From assembly GCA_900319565.1 (NCBI GenBank), contig ONPC01000133.1:12323-76322 (forward strand): a stretch of DNA of 64,000 nucleotides, in the 5' to 3' direction. The position numbers were made by a program, and so were the translations under genes. Below the pieces are notes generated by a model. That model saw only the letters and a list, made by a program, of their open reading frames with translations, did not search any database and had not been told where the DNA came from. How positions within the stretch are numbered: position 1 is the first letter of the stretch; each line of letters starts with the position of its first letter. Origin of the DNA: an uncultured Eubacteriales bacterium. GTDB lineage: Bacteria > Bacillota > Clostridia > Lachnospirales > Lachnospiraceae. Positions 41,419 through 49,861 of this stretch are shown piece after piece.

Positions 41419-42990
41419 TTGGCTGTAATGAATTGTAAGATGTGCGGAGCCCCATTGTTCGTTATGGATGGTATGCGCACACGTGAATGCACGAATTGTA
41501 AAACGCTGCAGACAGTTCCGATGACGATATCGAATGAAAACCTGGATCTGGTGAATCGGGCAAACTCGTTCCGCCAGAGCGGTGATTACGATAAAGCGGC
41601 AAAGATCTATAAAGAATTACTTACACGTGAACAGGACCCGGATCTCTATTGGGGTCTGGTTTTGTGTCGCTATGGCGTTCAGTATGTCGACGATCCGGCG
41701 AGCGGTCGTAAGATTCCGGACTGTCATAATCCGCAGTACCAAAGCATTCTTGCGGACGACAACTATCTTCGTGCGACCGAGATCGCCACGACGGAGCAGT
41801 ATGAACTGATCTCAGAGGAAGCCCGCATCATCGCGGCCATCCAGAAGCGGCACTTGCAGGAGGTAAATGCGCGCGAGGCGGATGAAGCCCGTATGCTTAC
41901 GGACGGCTCCGACCGCTTCCCGGGTGAGGAACCGGGAGATTCTGCATTTTCCGCTGCCTCCGACGAAGAGGCGGGTTCCGTATCCTTGCTTCCGGCTGTT
42001 TTAGGTAAGCGTAAACTGGTCGATCCGGAGATGGCAGAGGCGGATCGTATCTTAGCCCGCGGCCTTCTGGATACCCGATCCCTGAATAACCTGGCGAACC
42101 GCTATGAGAAGATGGCGGCAGCACGCCCGAAGCCCGGAGACAGCAAGGAAGTCCGGGCGGCTTTAGAGGAGCGGCGTGTAGAGTGCCTGGAGAAAGCAAG
42201 AGAATGTCGATACCGCTCCGCGAATATGCTTCTGGAAGCTAACGGCAACGCGGAAAGCATGCTGAATGCTTCCAACACGTTTGCCCAGCTTGAGTATTAT
42301 AAAGATTCCAAACAGCTGATGCTGAACTGCATGGACCGTGCGCTAGATAAGACGCGCCGGATCCAGGATCGGCTTACGAGCGCTACCGTGCAGGACCGCC
42401 GGCTTTTGGCGGATCTGTCCGTGCGCTATAAGGAACTGATCGAAGAAGAAGTGCCGGAGAGCGTTCCGGAGGAGATCCGGAAGATGCTCAACCGGAGCAA
42501 ACGTGAGTTTTCCATCCGGGCCAATGAATGCGACTACCTGATCGCCCTCATTGACATGGAGAACTCGAAGGATCCGGAGATCCTGCGTACGGCAGAGGAC
42601 ACCTTCCGCAATCTGGGTAAGTTCCGTGATGCCTCCAAGCGCATGGATGAGGCACACAAAAAATCAATGTCGGCTGCCTATGAGCGTGCGGAGCAGGCCA
42701 TGAAATGGGCCTACGAACCGGAGCAGTTCGAGGAGGCGGCAATGCTGTTCGAGGAACTCGGCGAATACCGTGACTGCGTACTGCAGGCTTCTGTCTGCCG
42801 TAAGAAGGCTGTCCGTAAGGAGATGAAGCACATCAGCAACCGGCGCTGGCATCTGATCGTTGCAGCAGTGGCGGTGACCATTGTCCTGATCGTAGCGCTT
42901 CTGGTGTGGATCCAGCCCGAACTGCCCGTTTGGATCGGCGTATTCTTAGGCGTCGGTTATCTGTGGAAACGTATTCTGGAAGTATTATAA
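41419..42990 (+). CDS. Zinc-ribbon protein with the conserved Cys/aromatic linker, TIR replaced by an acidic low-complexity segment, LGxYRD repeats and a C-terminal TM (array member 4)
   Basis: ORF 41371-42990. Preferred start is TTG 41419, 9 nt after AAGGAG (41404-41409). That gives (M)AVMNCKMCGAPL, collinear with the paralog N-termini. Repeats at 42289-42309, 42613-42633 and 42757-42777. C-terminal helices LIVAAVAVTIVLIVALLVWI and VWIGVFLGVGYLW. Confidence 0.75.
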   Translation: MAVMNCKMCGAPLFVMDGMRTRECTNCKTLQTVPMTISNENLDLVNRANSFRQSGDYDKAAKIYKELLTREQDPDLYWGLVLCRYGVQYVDDPASGRKIPDCHNPQYQSILADDNYLRATEIATTEQYELISEEARIIAAIQKRHLQEVNAREADEARMLTDGSDRFPGEEPGDSAFSAASDEEAGSVSLLPAVLGKRKLVDPEMAEADRILARGLLDTRSLNNLANRYEKMAAARPKPGDSKEVRAALEERRVECLEKARECRYRSANMLLEANGNAESMLNASNTFAQLEYYKDSKQLMLNCMDRALDKTRRIQDRLTSATVQDRRLLADLSVRYKELIEEEVPESVPEEIRKMLNRSKREFSIRANECDYLIALIDMENSKDPEILRTAEDTFRNLGKFRDASKRMDEAHKKSMSAAYERAEQAMKWAYEPEQFEEAAMLFEELGEYRDCVLQASVCRKKAVRKEMKHISNRRWHLIVAAVAVTIVLIVALLVWIQPELPVWIGVFLGVGYLWKRILEVL

Positions 42991-43089
42991 AAAACGCATG
43001 CCCAAGGCCTTCGCGGCATTTGGGCATCTTATGGTTCGTCTGTTTTTGAGGGAAGGGCCTCAAACAATATAGATCAAAGGAGTGATTTT

Positions 43090-44364
43090 GTGATTAAGAA
43101 AGAAATGATCGCTATGCTTCTCGCAGGGGGACAGGGAAGCCGCCTCGGAGTTCTTACCTCCAAGGTCGCCAAACCGGCGGTGGCATTCGGCGGAAAGTAC
43201 CGTATCATCGATTTTCCGCTGAGTAACTGTATCAACTCGGGTATCGATACAGTCGGCGTGCTGACGCAGTATCAGCCGCTTCGTTTGAACACCCATATCG
43301 GAATCGGTATTCCGTGGGATCTGGACCGCAACGTGGGCGGCGTATCCATTCTGCCCCCGTACGAAAAGAGCACCAACAGCGAGTGGTATACCGGTACGGC
43401 CAATGCCATCTATCAGAACATCGATTATATCGACAGTTACAATCCGGATTATGTGCTGATCCTTTCGGGTGACCACATTTATAAGATGGATTACGAAGTG
43501 ATGCTGGATTACCATAAATCGAATAATGCCGCGCTTACGATCGCGACCATGCCCGTTCCGCTTTCGGAGGCGAGCCGCTTCGGTATCGTGATCACCGATG
43601 AGAACGGACGGATCCGTGAGTTCGAGGAGAAGCCGGCGAACCCGCGCAGCAACTTAGCGTCCATGGGTATCTATATCTTCACATGGTCGGTGCTTCGTGA
43701 GGCACTTCTCGCGCAGAAGGACGTTCCGAACTGCGACTTCGGTAAGCATGTCATTCCGTACTGCCATGAGCGCGGCGAGCGTATCTTCGCCTATGAGTAC
43801 AATGGCTACTGGAAGGATGTCGGAACGCTCGGTTCCTACTGGGAAGCAAATATGGAACTGATCGATATCGTACCGGTATTCAATCTCTACGAAGAGTTCT
43901 GGAAGATCTACACCCGTACGGATTCATTGCCCCCGCAGTACATCGCGGGCAATGCGCACGTGGAGCGGTCGCTTCTCGGTGAGGGCAGCGAGATCTACGG
44001 CGAGGTCTACAGCAGCGTTATCGGCGCGGATGTGGTGGTCGAGGAGGGCGCTGTGGTGCGCGACTCCATCATCATGCAGGGCGCAGTGATTGGCGCGGGA
44101 ACGCACCTCGAGAAGTGCATCATCGCTGAGGGTACCGTGATCGGTAAGAACTGTGATCTCGGCGTTGGCGAGTACGCCGAAAGCAAACTGGATAAGAAAG
44201 TCTATGTTTTCGACCTCGTGACCATCGGTGAGAATTCCGTCGTACCGGACGGCGTTCGCGTTGGCAAAAACACTGCGATCTCCGGCGTTACGACTGCCGA
44301 GGATTACCCGGACGGCGCTCTGGAGAGCGGCGGTTACATCATAAAGGCAGGTGGTAAGGTATGA
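43090..44364 (+). CDS. glgC: Glucose-1-phosphate adenylyltransferase
   Basis: GTG start after AAGGAG. Motifs [10 protein letters not shown] and [11 protein letters not shown]-terminal left-handed beta-helix repeats. Confidence 0.9.
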   Translation: MIKKEMIAMLLAGGQGSRLGVLTSKVAKPAVAFGGKYRIIDFPLSNCINSGIDTVGVLTQYQPLRLNTHIGIGIPWDLDRNVGGVSILPPYEKSTNSEWYTGTANAIYQNIDYIDSYNPDYVLILSGDHIYKMDYEVMLDYHKSNNAALTIATMPVPLSEASRFGIVITDENGRIREFEEKPANPRSNLASMGIYIFTWSVLREALLAQKDVPNCDFGKHVIPYCHERGERIFAYEYNGYWKDVGTLGSYWEANMELIDIVPVFNLYEEFWKIYTRTDSLPPQYIAGNAHVERSLLGEGSEIYGEVYSSVIGADVVVEEGAVVRDSIIMQGAVIGAGTHLEKCIIAEGTVIGKNCDLGVGEYAESKLDKKVYVFDLVTIGENSVVPDGVRVGKNTAISGVTTAEDYPDGALESGGYIIKAGGKV

Positions 44365-45485
44365 GAGCGATCGGTATTATTTTAGCAGGCGGAAATAACA
44401 AACGCATGAATGAACTGTCGCAGAAGCGTGCCGTTGCGGCCATGCCCATCGCCGGCAGTTACAGAAGCATCGATTTTGCACTGAGTAACATGACGAACTC
44501 CCACATCAATAAGGTGGCCGTCATCACCCAGTACAACTCCCGTTCCCTGAACGAGCATTTGAATTCCTCCAAATGGTGGAACTTCGGACGTAAGCAGGGC
44601 GGACTGTTCATCTACAACCCCATGATCACCATGGATAACGGAAACTGGTATCGCGGAACCGCGGACAGTATGTACCAGAATTTGAACTATCTGAAGAACA
44701 GCCACGAGCCGTACGCAGTCATCGCATCCGGCGACGGAATTTATAAACTTGACTACAACGCGGTTTTGGAATATCATATCCAGAAGAAAGCGGACATCAC
44801 CGTCGTTTGTAAGGATCTCGATCCGCAGAAGGAAGACCTGACCCGTTTCGGTCTGGTCCGTCTGGCAGATGACAACCGCATCCTGGACTTCGAGGAGAAG
44901 CCCATGGTGCCGAGTTACAACACCGCTTCCTGCGGCATCTATATCGTCCGCAGACGTCAGCTCATCGAGCTTCTGGAGCGCTGCGCGGCAGAGGATCGTT
45001 ACGATTTCGTGAATGACATCCTGATCCGCTATAAGAACCTGAAGCGCATCTACGCGTATAAGATCGATACCTACTGGAGCAGCATTTCCAGCGTTCGTTC
45101 GTACTACAACACGAACATGGATTTCCTGAAGCCGGAGATCCGGAAGTATTTCTTCCGTGAGTACCCGGACGTTTACTCGAAGGTAGACGACAACCCGCCG
45201 GCGAAGTACAACCCCGGTTCGGCGGTTCACAACAGCCTGGTTTCCAGCGGCTGCATCATCAATGGTGTGGTGGAGAACAGCGTGCTGTTTAAGAAGGTTT
45301 TCGTGGGCAATAACTGCGTGATCAAAAACTCGATCATCCTGAACGATGTTTACATCGGGGACAATACAGTCATCGAGAACTGCATCGTGGAGAGTCGCGA
45401 TACGATCCGCGCGAACACGACCTACATCGGCGATCCGAATGATATCAAGATCGTCGTTGAGAAGAACGAAAGATACTCGCTGTAG
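44361..45485 (+). CDS. glgD: Glucose-1-phosphate adenylyltransferase regulatory subunit GlgD
   Basis: 4-nt overlap with glgC. N-terminus [10 protein letters not shown], a degenerate form of the GlgC motif. This is the Firmicute glgC-glgD arrangement. Confidence 0.85.
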   Translation: MRAIGIILAGGNNKRMNELSQKRAVAAMPIAGSYRSIDFALSNMTNSHINKVAVITQYNSRSLNEHLNSSKWWNFGRKQGGLFIYNPMITMDNGNWYRGTADSMYQNLNYLKNSHEPYAVIASGDGIYKLDYNAVLEYHIQKKADITVVCKDLDPQKEDLTRFGLVRLADDNRILDFEEKPMVPSYNTASCGIYIVRRRQLIELLERCAAEDRYDFVNDILIRYKNLKRIYAYKIDTYWSSISSVRSYYNTNMDFLKPEIRKYFFREYPDVYSKVDDNPPAKYNPGSAVHNSLVSSGCIINGVVENSVLFKKVFVGNNCVIKNSIILNDVYIGDNTVIENCIVESRDTIRANTTYIGDPNDIKIVVEKNERYSL

Positions 45486-45605
45486 CCTTAGTTTATAAGG
45501 CCTGCGGGCAGAAAAAAGAACAGGATGGTTTGCGTAGGCAAACCTCGGCGCACGGAGGCTGCTTTTTCTTGCAGCCTCCCTCGTGCGTTTATAACAAGGA
45601 GTAAT

Positions 45606-46166
45606 ATGTACATTATCATCGGACTGGGTAACCCGGAGAACAAATACGTGGGAACACGTCATAACATGGGATTTGACGTGGTGGACCGCCTGGCGTATCA
45701 GCACAATATCACCATGGATACGGTGAAGCATAAGGCCACGCTGGGTAAGGGCGTGATCGGCGGACAGAAGGTCCTGCTGGCGAAGCCGCTGACCTACATG
45801 AACTTAAGCGGTGAGAGCGTGCGCGCCCTGGTCGACTTCTATAAGGTGACACCGGCGGATATTATCGTGGCCTATGATGATATCGCGCTGGATTTGGGTC
45901 GCATCCGCGTTCGTGAAAAGGGCAGCGCGGGCGGACATAACGGAATGAAGAGCATTATCCAGCATCTGGGCACGCAGGAGTTTATCCGTGTTCGGGTCGG
46001 CGTCGGTGAGAAACCGGCGCGCATGGATCTGGCGGACTACGTCCTGTCCCGGTTTAAGAGCGACGAGATGCCTCTGGTGCGTGAGGGCGTGGTCGATGCA
46101 GCGAGCGCGATCGAGCTCATCCTGGAGCAGGGCGCGCCGGCGGCCATGAACCGCTATAACGGTTAG
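45606..46166 (+). CDS. pth: Peptidyl-tRNA hydrolase
   Basis: ORF 45525-46166. Preferred start is ATG 45606 after AAGGAG. Motif MYIIIGLGNPENKYVGTRHNMGF. Confidence 0.9.
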   Translation: MYIIIGLGNPENKYVGTRHNMGFDVVDRLAYQHNITMDTVKHKATLGKGVIGGQKVLLAKPLTYMNLSGESVRALVDFYKVTPADIIVAYDDIALDLGRIRVREKGSAGGHNGMKSIIQHLGTQEFIRVRVGVGEKPARMDLADYVLSRFKSDEMPLVREGVVDAASAIELILEQGAPAAMNRYNG

Positions 46167-46175
46167 AGGTGAAAC

Positions 46176-49100
46176 ATGCAGTATAAACAGACCTATTTCA
46201 GTCCGCTTCCCGAGACGGCGGCTTTTGAGGAACTGCTCGACGTTTTGAAGAAGCAGGGCGGCCCCATCCTGGCCGGTGGCTGTGTGGAGTCGCAGAAGGT
46301 CGATCTGATGCAGATGCTGGGCCGGAGCGCACAGGAGAAAAACGGTGCATCCTGGCAGGTCGTGGTCACGTACAACGAACTGCGGGCGAAAGAGATCTAT
46401 GAAGATTACCGACTGTTCACGGACAGTGTCTACCTGTTTCCCGGTAAGGACGTGATCTTCTTTCAGTCGGACCTGCAGGGGAAGCAGATCCTGCGAAACC
46501 GCCTGTCCGTTCTGGAAGCCATCGGTGACCCGAAGCGGGAGGGCGGCGTGATCGTGACGACCATGCGGGCCATGATGAACGTCATGGGCGATCCCGAGGC
46601 CTTATTCAGCGCGGCGCTCACGATCCGCGTGGGAGACGAGGTCTCCTATCCCGAACTGGCGGAAAAACTGGTGCTGTTAGGGTACGAAAAGACCGGTCAG
46701 GTCGAAAGCCCCGGCCAGTTTGCGATCCGCGGCGGCATCATGGACGTGTATTCATTGACCGCGGAATATCCTATCCGAATGGAACTGTGGGGCGACGAGA
46801 TCGACTCATTGCGTAGTTTCGATGTCGAGAGCCAGCGGGCGGTCCTGACCTTAGAGGAGGCACGGATCTTCCCGGCGACGGAGTTCGTGCTGACGGAAAA
46901 GCAAGTAAAGAAGGGCCTTTCGGCAGTACAGAAGGAGGCCGACGCGGCGGCGCCTGGCTCGACAGCGCGCGACGACGCGTTTCGCTTCATCGAGCAGATG
47001 GAGTACCTGCCCGCATTCGCCCAAATGGACGCATATATCCCGTACTTTTTGTCGAAGAAGTTGCATTTTGCGGACTTCTTCGAAGAGTCGGACGTACAAT
47101 GGATCATCGATGAGGCGCAGCTCCTCAACGAGAGCGCCACGGGCATAGAAACGGAATATCTGGAGAGCGTTAAGAACCGTCTGGAGAAGGGGTACCTCCT
47201 TCCGGGACAGACGGGGCTTTTGCATGAGAAAAAATTGGTGTTTCGGCGGCTGTACGGGCCGCGGACGGTGTGCGTGAGCACGCTGGATTCCGCGCCGAAG
47301 GGCCTGATCCGCCACGCCGTGTCTTTTCACGTTCAGACCATCCATACCTATAAGAACGGACAGGAGATCCTGTTTAAGGATCTACAGAAATACCATAAAG
47401 ACAAGTTCCGCGTCGTGCTTCTGTGCGGCTCGAAGACCCGCGCCATGCGCCTGGCAGACCAGCTGTCGCAGGAGGAGCTCCTCGCATACTATAAGGAAGC
47501 TCCGACCGAGCAGGTCTACCCCGGCGAGATCTGCGTGACCGTGGGCAGCCTGCACGGAGGCTTTGCCTACCCGCAGGTGCAGTTCGTGTTGATCACGGAG
47601 AGTGACATGGTCCGCGAACAGCGGAAGGTGAAGCGGAAGCAGACGCAGTATAAAGGAAAGAAGATCAGCGACCTGTCCCAGCTGTCCATCGGCGACTATG
47701 TCGTCCATGAGAAGTACGGCCTGGGCATCTACCGCGGCATTTCCCGTCAGGAAGACCAGGGCGTTTTGCGTGACTACATACAGATCACCTACGATCAGGG
47801 TGGTCAGCTCTACGTGCTCATGCAGAACCTGGACCAGATCATGAAATATTCCGGCGGCGGGGACGGAGAGCATAAACCGAAACTGAATAAACTGGGCAAT
47901 GTAACGGCCTGGAAGAAGACGCGTCAGAAGGTGCAGACGCACGTCGAGAATCTGGCGCGCGAACTGGTGCTTTTGTACCATGCGCGGGACAATGGCAGTG
48001 GCTATGCCTACGGGCCCGACACGGTCTGGCAGAAAGAGTTTGAGGAGATGTTCCCCTACGAGGAGACGCCGGATCAGCTTGAGGCCATCGAACAGACGAA
48101 GGCCGACATGGAGAGCCCGAAGATCATGGACCGCCTGATCTGCGGCGACGTGGGTTACGGCAAGACCGAGGTCGCGCTGCGCGCTGCGTTTAAAGCGGTA
48201 CAGGACGGCAAACAGGTCGCCTATCTGGTGCCCACGACCATTCTGGCTTCCCAGCATTTTGCGACGTTTAAGCAGCGCCTGAAGGACTACCCGGTGCGGG
48301 TCGACATGCTGTCCCGCTTCTGCACACCGCTGCAGGTGAAGGATACATTGACCAATTTAAAGAAGGGTCTGGTCGATATCGTCATCGGTACCCACCGCAT
48401 CCTTTCTTCGGACGTACAATTTAAGGATCTGGGTCTGCTCGTCATCGACGAGGAGCAGCGCTTCGGTGTGGCACATAAGGAGCGCATAAAGCAGATGAAA
48501 CAGCAGGTGGACGTGCTGACATTGACCGCAACACCCATCCCGCGTACGCTGCACATGAGCCTGATCGGCGTCCGCGACATGTCGGTGCTGACGCAGGCGC
48601 CCAGCGACCGCGTGCCCATCCAGACCTATGTCTGCGAGTACCAGGACGAACTGGTGCGCGAGGCCATAAACCGCGAACTGGCGCGCGACGGCCAGGTCTA
48701 CTATGTGTATAACCGCGTCCAGGACATAGACACGTTCACGGACGGCATCCGGAAACTGGTGCCGGATGCTTCGGTAGCGTACGCCCACGGGCAGATGCCG
48801 AAGGCGGCCCTGGAGCAGATCATGATGGATTTCATCAACGGCGAGATCAAGGTCCTGGTTTCGACGACCATCATCGAGACCGGTCTCGATATATCCAATG
48901 TCAATACGATCATTATCCACGATTCGGACCGTTTCGGTCTGTCCCAGCTGTACCAGCTGCGCGGCCGCGTGGGGCGTTCGAACCGCATGGCGTACGCGTT
49001 CATTATGTACCGGCGGGATAAGATCCTGAAGGAGGAGGCACAGAAGCGCCTGCAGGCCATCCGCGAGTTTACGGAGCTGGGCTCCGGTGTGAAGATCGCG

Positions 49101-49739
49101 CTGCGGGATCTGGAGATCCGCGGCGCAGGAAACCTTCTGGGCGCGGAGCAGTCCGGCCACATGCAGGAGGTCGGCTACGATCTGTATTGTAAGATGCTTT
49201 CGGAGGCTGTGGAGGCTCTGGCCGCGGAGAACGGCGAGGTCGTTGCAGCGCCCCGCATCCCCTCCTTTGAGACTACGGTGAACTTCATGATCGAAGCTTA
49301 CATTCCGGAGGAATACATCCATAACGAGAGCACGCGCCTCGAGGTCTATAAGAAGATCGCGACTATCGAGGGCGACGAAGACTGCATGGATATGCAGGAC
49401 GAACTCACCGATCGTTTCGGCGACATCCCCCAGCCGGTGCTTTTGCTGCTGGAGATCGCAAAGGTGAAGGCTCTGGCGCACGCCGCCTATATCGAGGAAC
49501 TCTCGGGCAATGCTCTCCAACTGAAGGCAAAACTGTTCACCGAGGGACCGGCGATCGACGGCATGAAGGCGACCGAGGTGCTGTCGGAGAACCGCAGAAC
49601 CATGAAATATGTCGGCGGAAAGAACCCGTTTTTCGTGTGGGAACCGCAAAAAAAGGTGAAAATGTCGCCGGAAGAGATCCTTCAGGAGGCAAAAACCTTT
49701 ATCGACGCAATAAATTGCTTGCTAGAACCCACGGCGTGA
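46176..49739 (+). CDS. mfd: Transcription-repair coupling factor
   Basis: 1187 aa. Walker A GDVGYGKTEVA, DEEQRFG box, helicase C motifs, and pth-mfd synteny. Confidence 0.95.
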   Translation: MQYKQTYFSPLPETAAFEELLDVLKKQGGPILAGGCVESQKVDLMQMLGRSAQEKNGASWQVVVTYNELRAKEIYEDYRLFTDSVYLFPGKDVIFFQSDLQGKQILRNRLSVLEAIGDPKREGGVIVTTMRAMMNVMGDPEALFSAALTIRVGDEVSYPELAEKLVLLGYEKTGQVESPGQFAIRGGIMDVYSLTAEYPIRMELWGDEIDSLRSFDVESQRAVLTLEEARIFPATEFVLTEKQVKKGLSAVQKEADAAAPGSTARDDAFRFIEQMEYLPAFAQMDAYIPYFLSKKLHFADFFEESDVQWIIDEAQLLNESATGIETEYLESVKNRLEKGYLLPGQTGLLHEKKLVFRRLYGPRTVCVSTLDSAPKGLIRHAVSFHVQTIHTYKNGQEILFKDLQKYHKDKFRVVLLCGSKTRAMRLADQLSQEELLAYYKEAPTEQVYPGEICVTVGSLHGGFAYPQVQFVLITESDMVREQRKVKRKQTQYKGKKISDLSQLSIGDYVVHEKYGLGIYRGISRQEDQGVLRDYIQITYDQGGQLYVLMQNLDQIMKYSGGGDGEHKPKLNKLGNVTAWKKTRQKVQTHVENLARELVLLYHARDNGSGYAYGPDTVWQKEFEEMFPYEETPDQLEAIEQTKADMESPKIMDRLICGDVGYGKTEVALRAAFKAVQDGKQVAYLVPTTILASQHFATFKQRLKDYPVRVDMLSRFCTPLQVKDTLTNLKKGLVDIVIGTHRILSSDVQFKDLGLLVIDEEQRFGVAHKERIKQMKQQVDVLTLTATPIPRTLHMSLIGVRDMSVLTQAPSDRVPIQTYVCEYQDELVREAINRELARDGQVYYVYNRVQDIDTFTDGIRKLVPDASVAYAHGQMPKAALEQIMMDFINGEIKVLVSTTIIETGLDISNVNTIIIHDSDRFGLSQLYQLRGRVGRSNRMAYAFIMYRRDKILKEEAQKRLQAIREFTELGSGVKIALRDLEIRGAGNLLGAEQSGHMQEVGYDLYCKMLSEAVEALAAENGEVVAAPRIPSFETTVNFMIEAYIPEEYIHNESTRLEVYKKIATIEGDEDCMDMQDELTDRFGDIPQPVLLLLEIAKVKALAHAAYIEELSGNALQLKAKLFTEGPAIDGMKATEVLSENRRTMKYVGGKNPFFVWEPQKKVKMSPEEILQEAKTFIDAINCLLEPTA

Positions 49740-49861
49740 TATATAATAATACAAGGGTCTGCGGAAAGTAAGTAAACGCAGATGGGGGCACGGCGTTAAA
49801 TACGTGTGGCCGGAAAAACAAAAGACACGCGTCGCGCGATCGTGATGCGCAGGAGGAGAAT

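Noticed and set aside
36370-42990. Classifying the TIR array as Thoeris (ThsB paralogs), CBASS/Pycsar effectors or SPARTA
   Set aside because: No ThsA (SIR2/Macro-SLOG), CD-NTase, cyclase, SAVED or Argonaute/APAZ gene lies in the array or its flanks. The zinc-ribbon head, repeat region and TM anchors are not features I associate with ThsB.
36291-43005. Shared 8-mer ACGCATGC on both flanks of the TIR array (about 36290-36297 and 42995-43002) as possible att-like direct repeats
   Set aside because: An 8-bp match is too short to distinguish from chance. There is no integrase or recombinase, and the GC content of the array is not visibly deviant.
42998-43064. Terminator after the TIR array (ATGCCCAA...TTGGGCAT hairpin at 42998-43027; TTTGAGG...CCTCAAA at about 43044-43064)
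   Set aside because: The stems are short (7-8 bp), the first loop is large (14 nt) and neither has a convincing U-tract. The evidence is too weak to annotate, so read-through into glgC cannot be excluded.
44382-49649. Long minus-strand ORFs antisense to glgD/pth (44382-45731) and mfd (47382-48257, 48357-49649)
   Set aside because: The plus-strand genes carry unambiguous conserved motifs. The antisense translations are low-complexity V/D/R/H-rich shadows.
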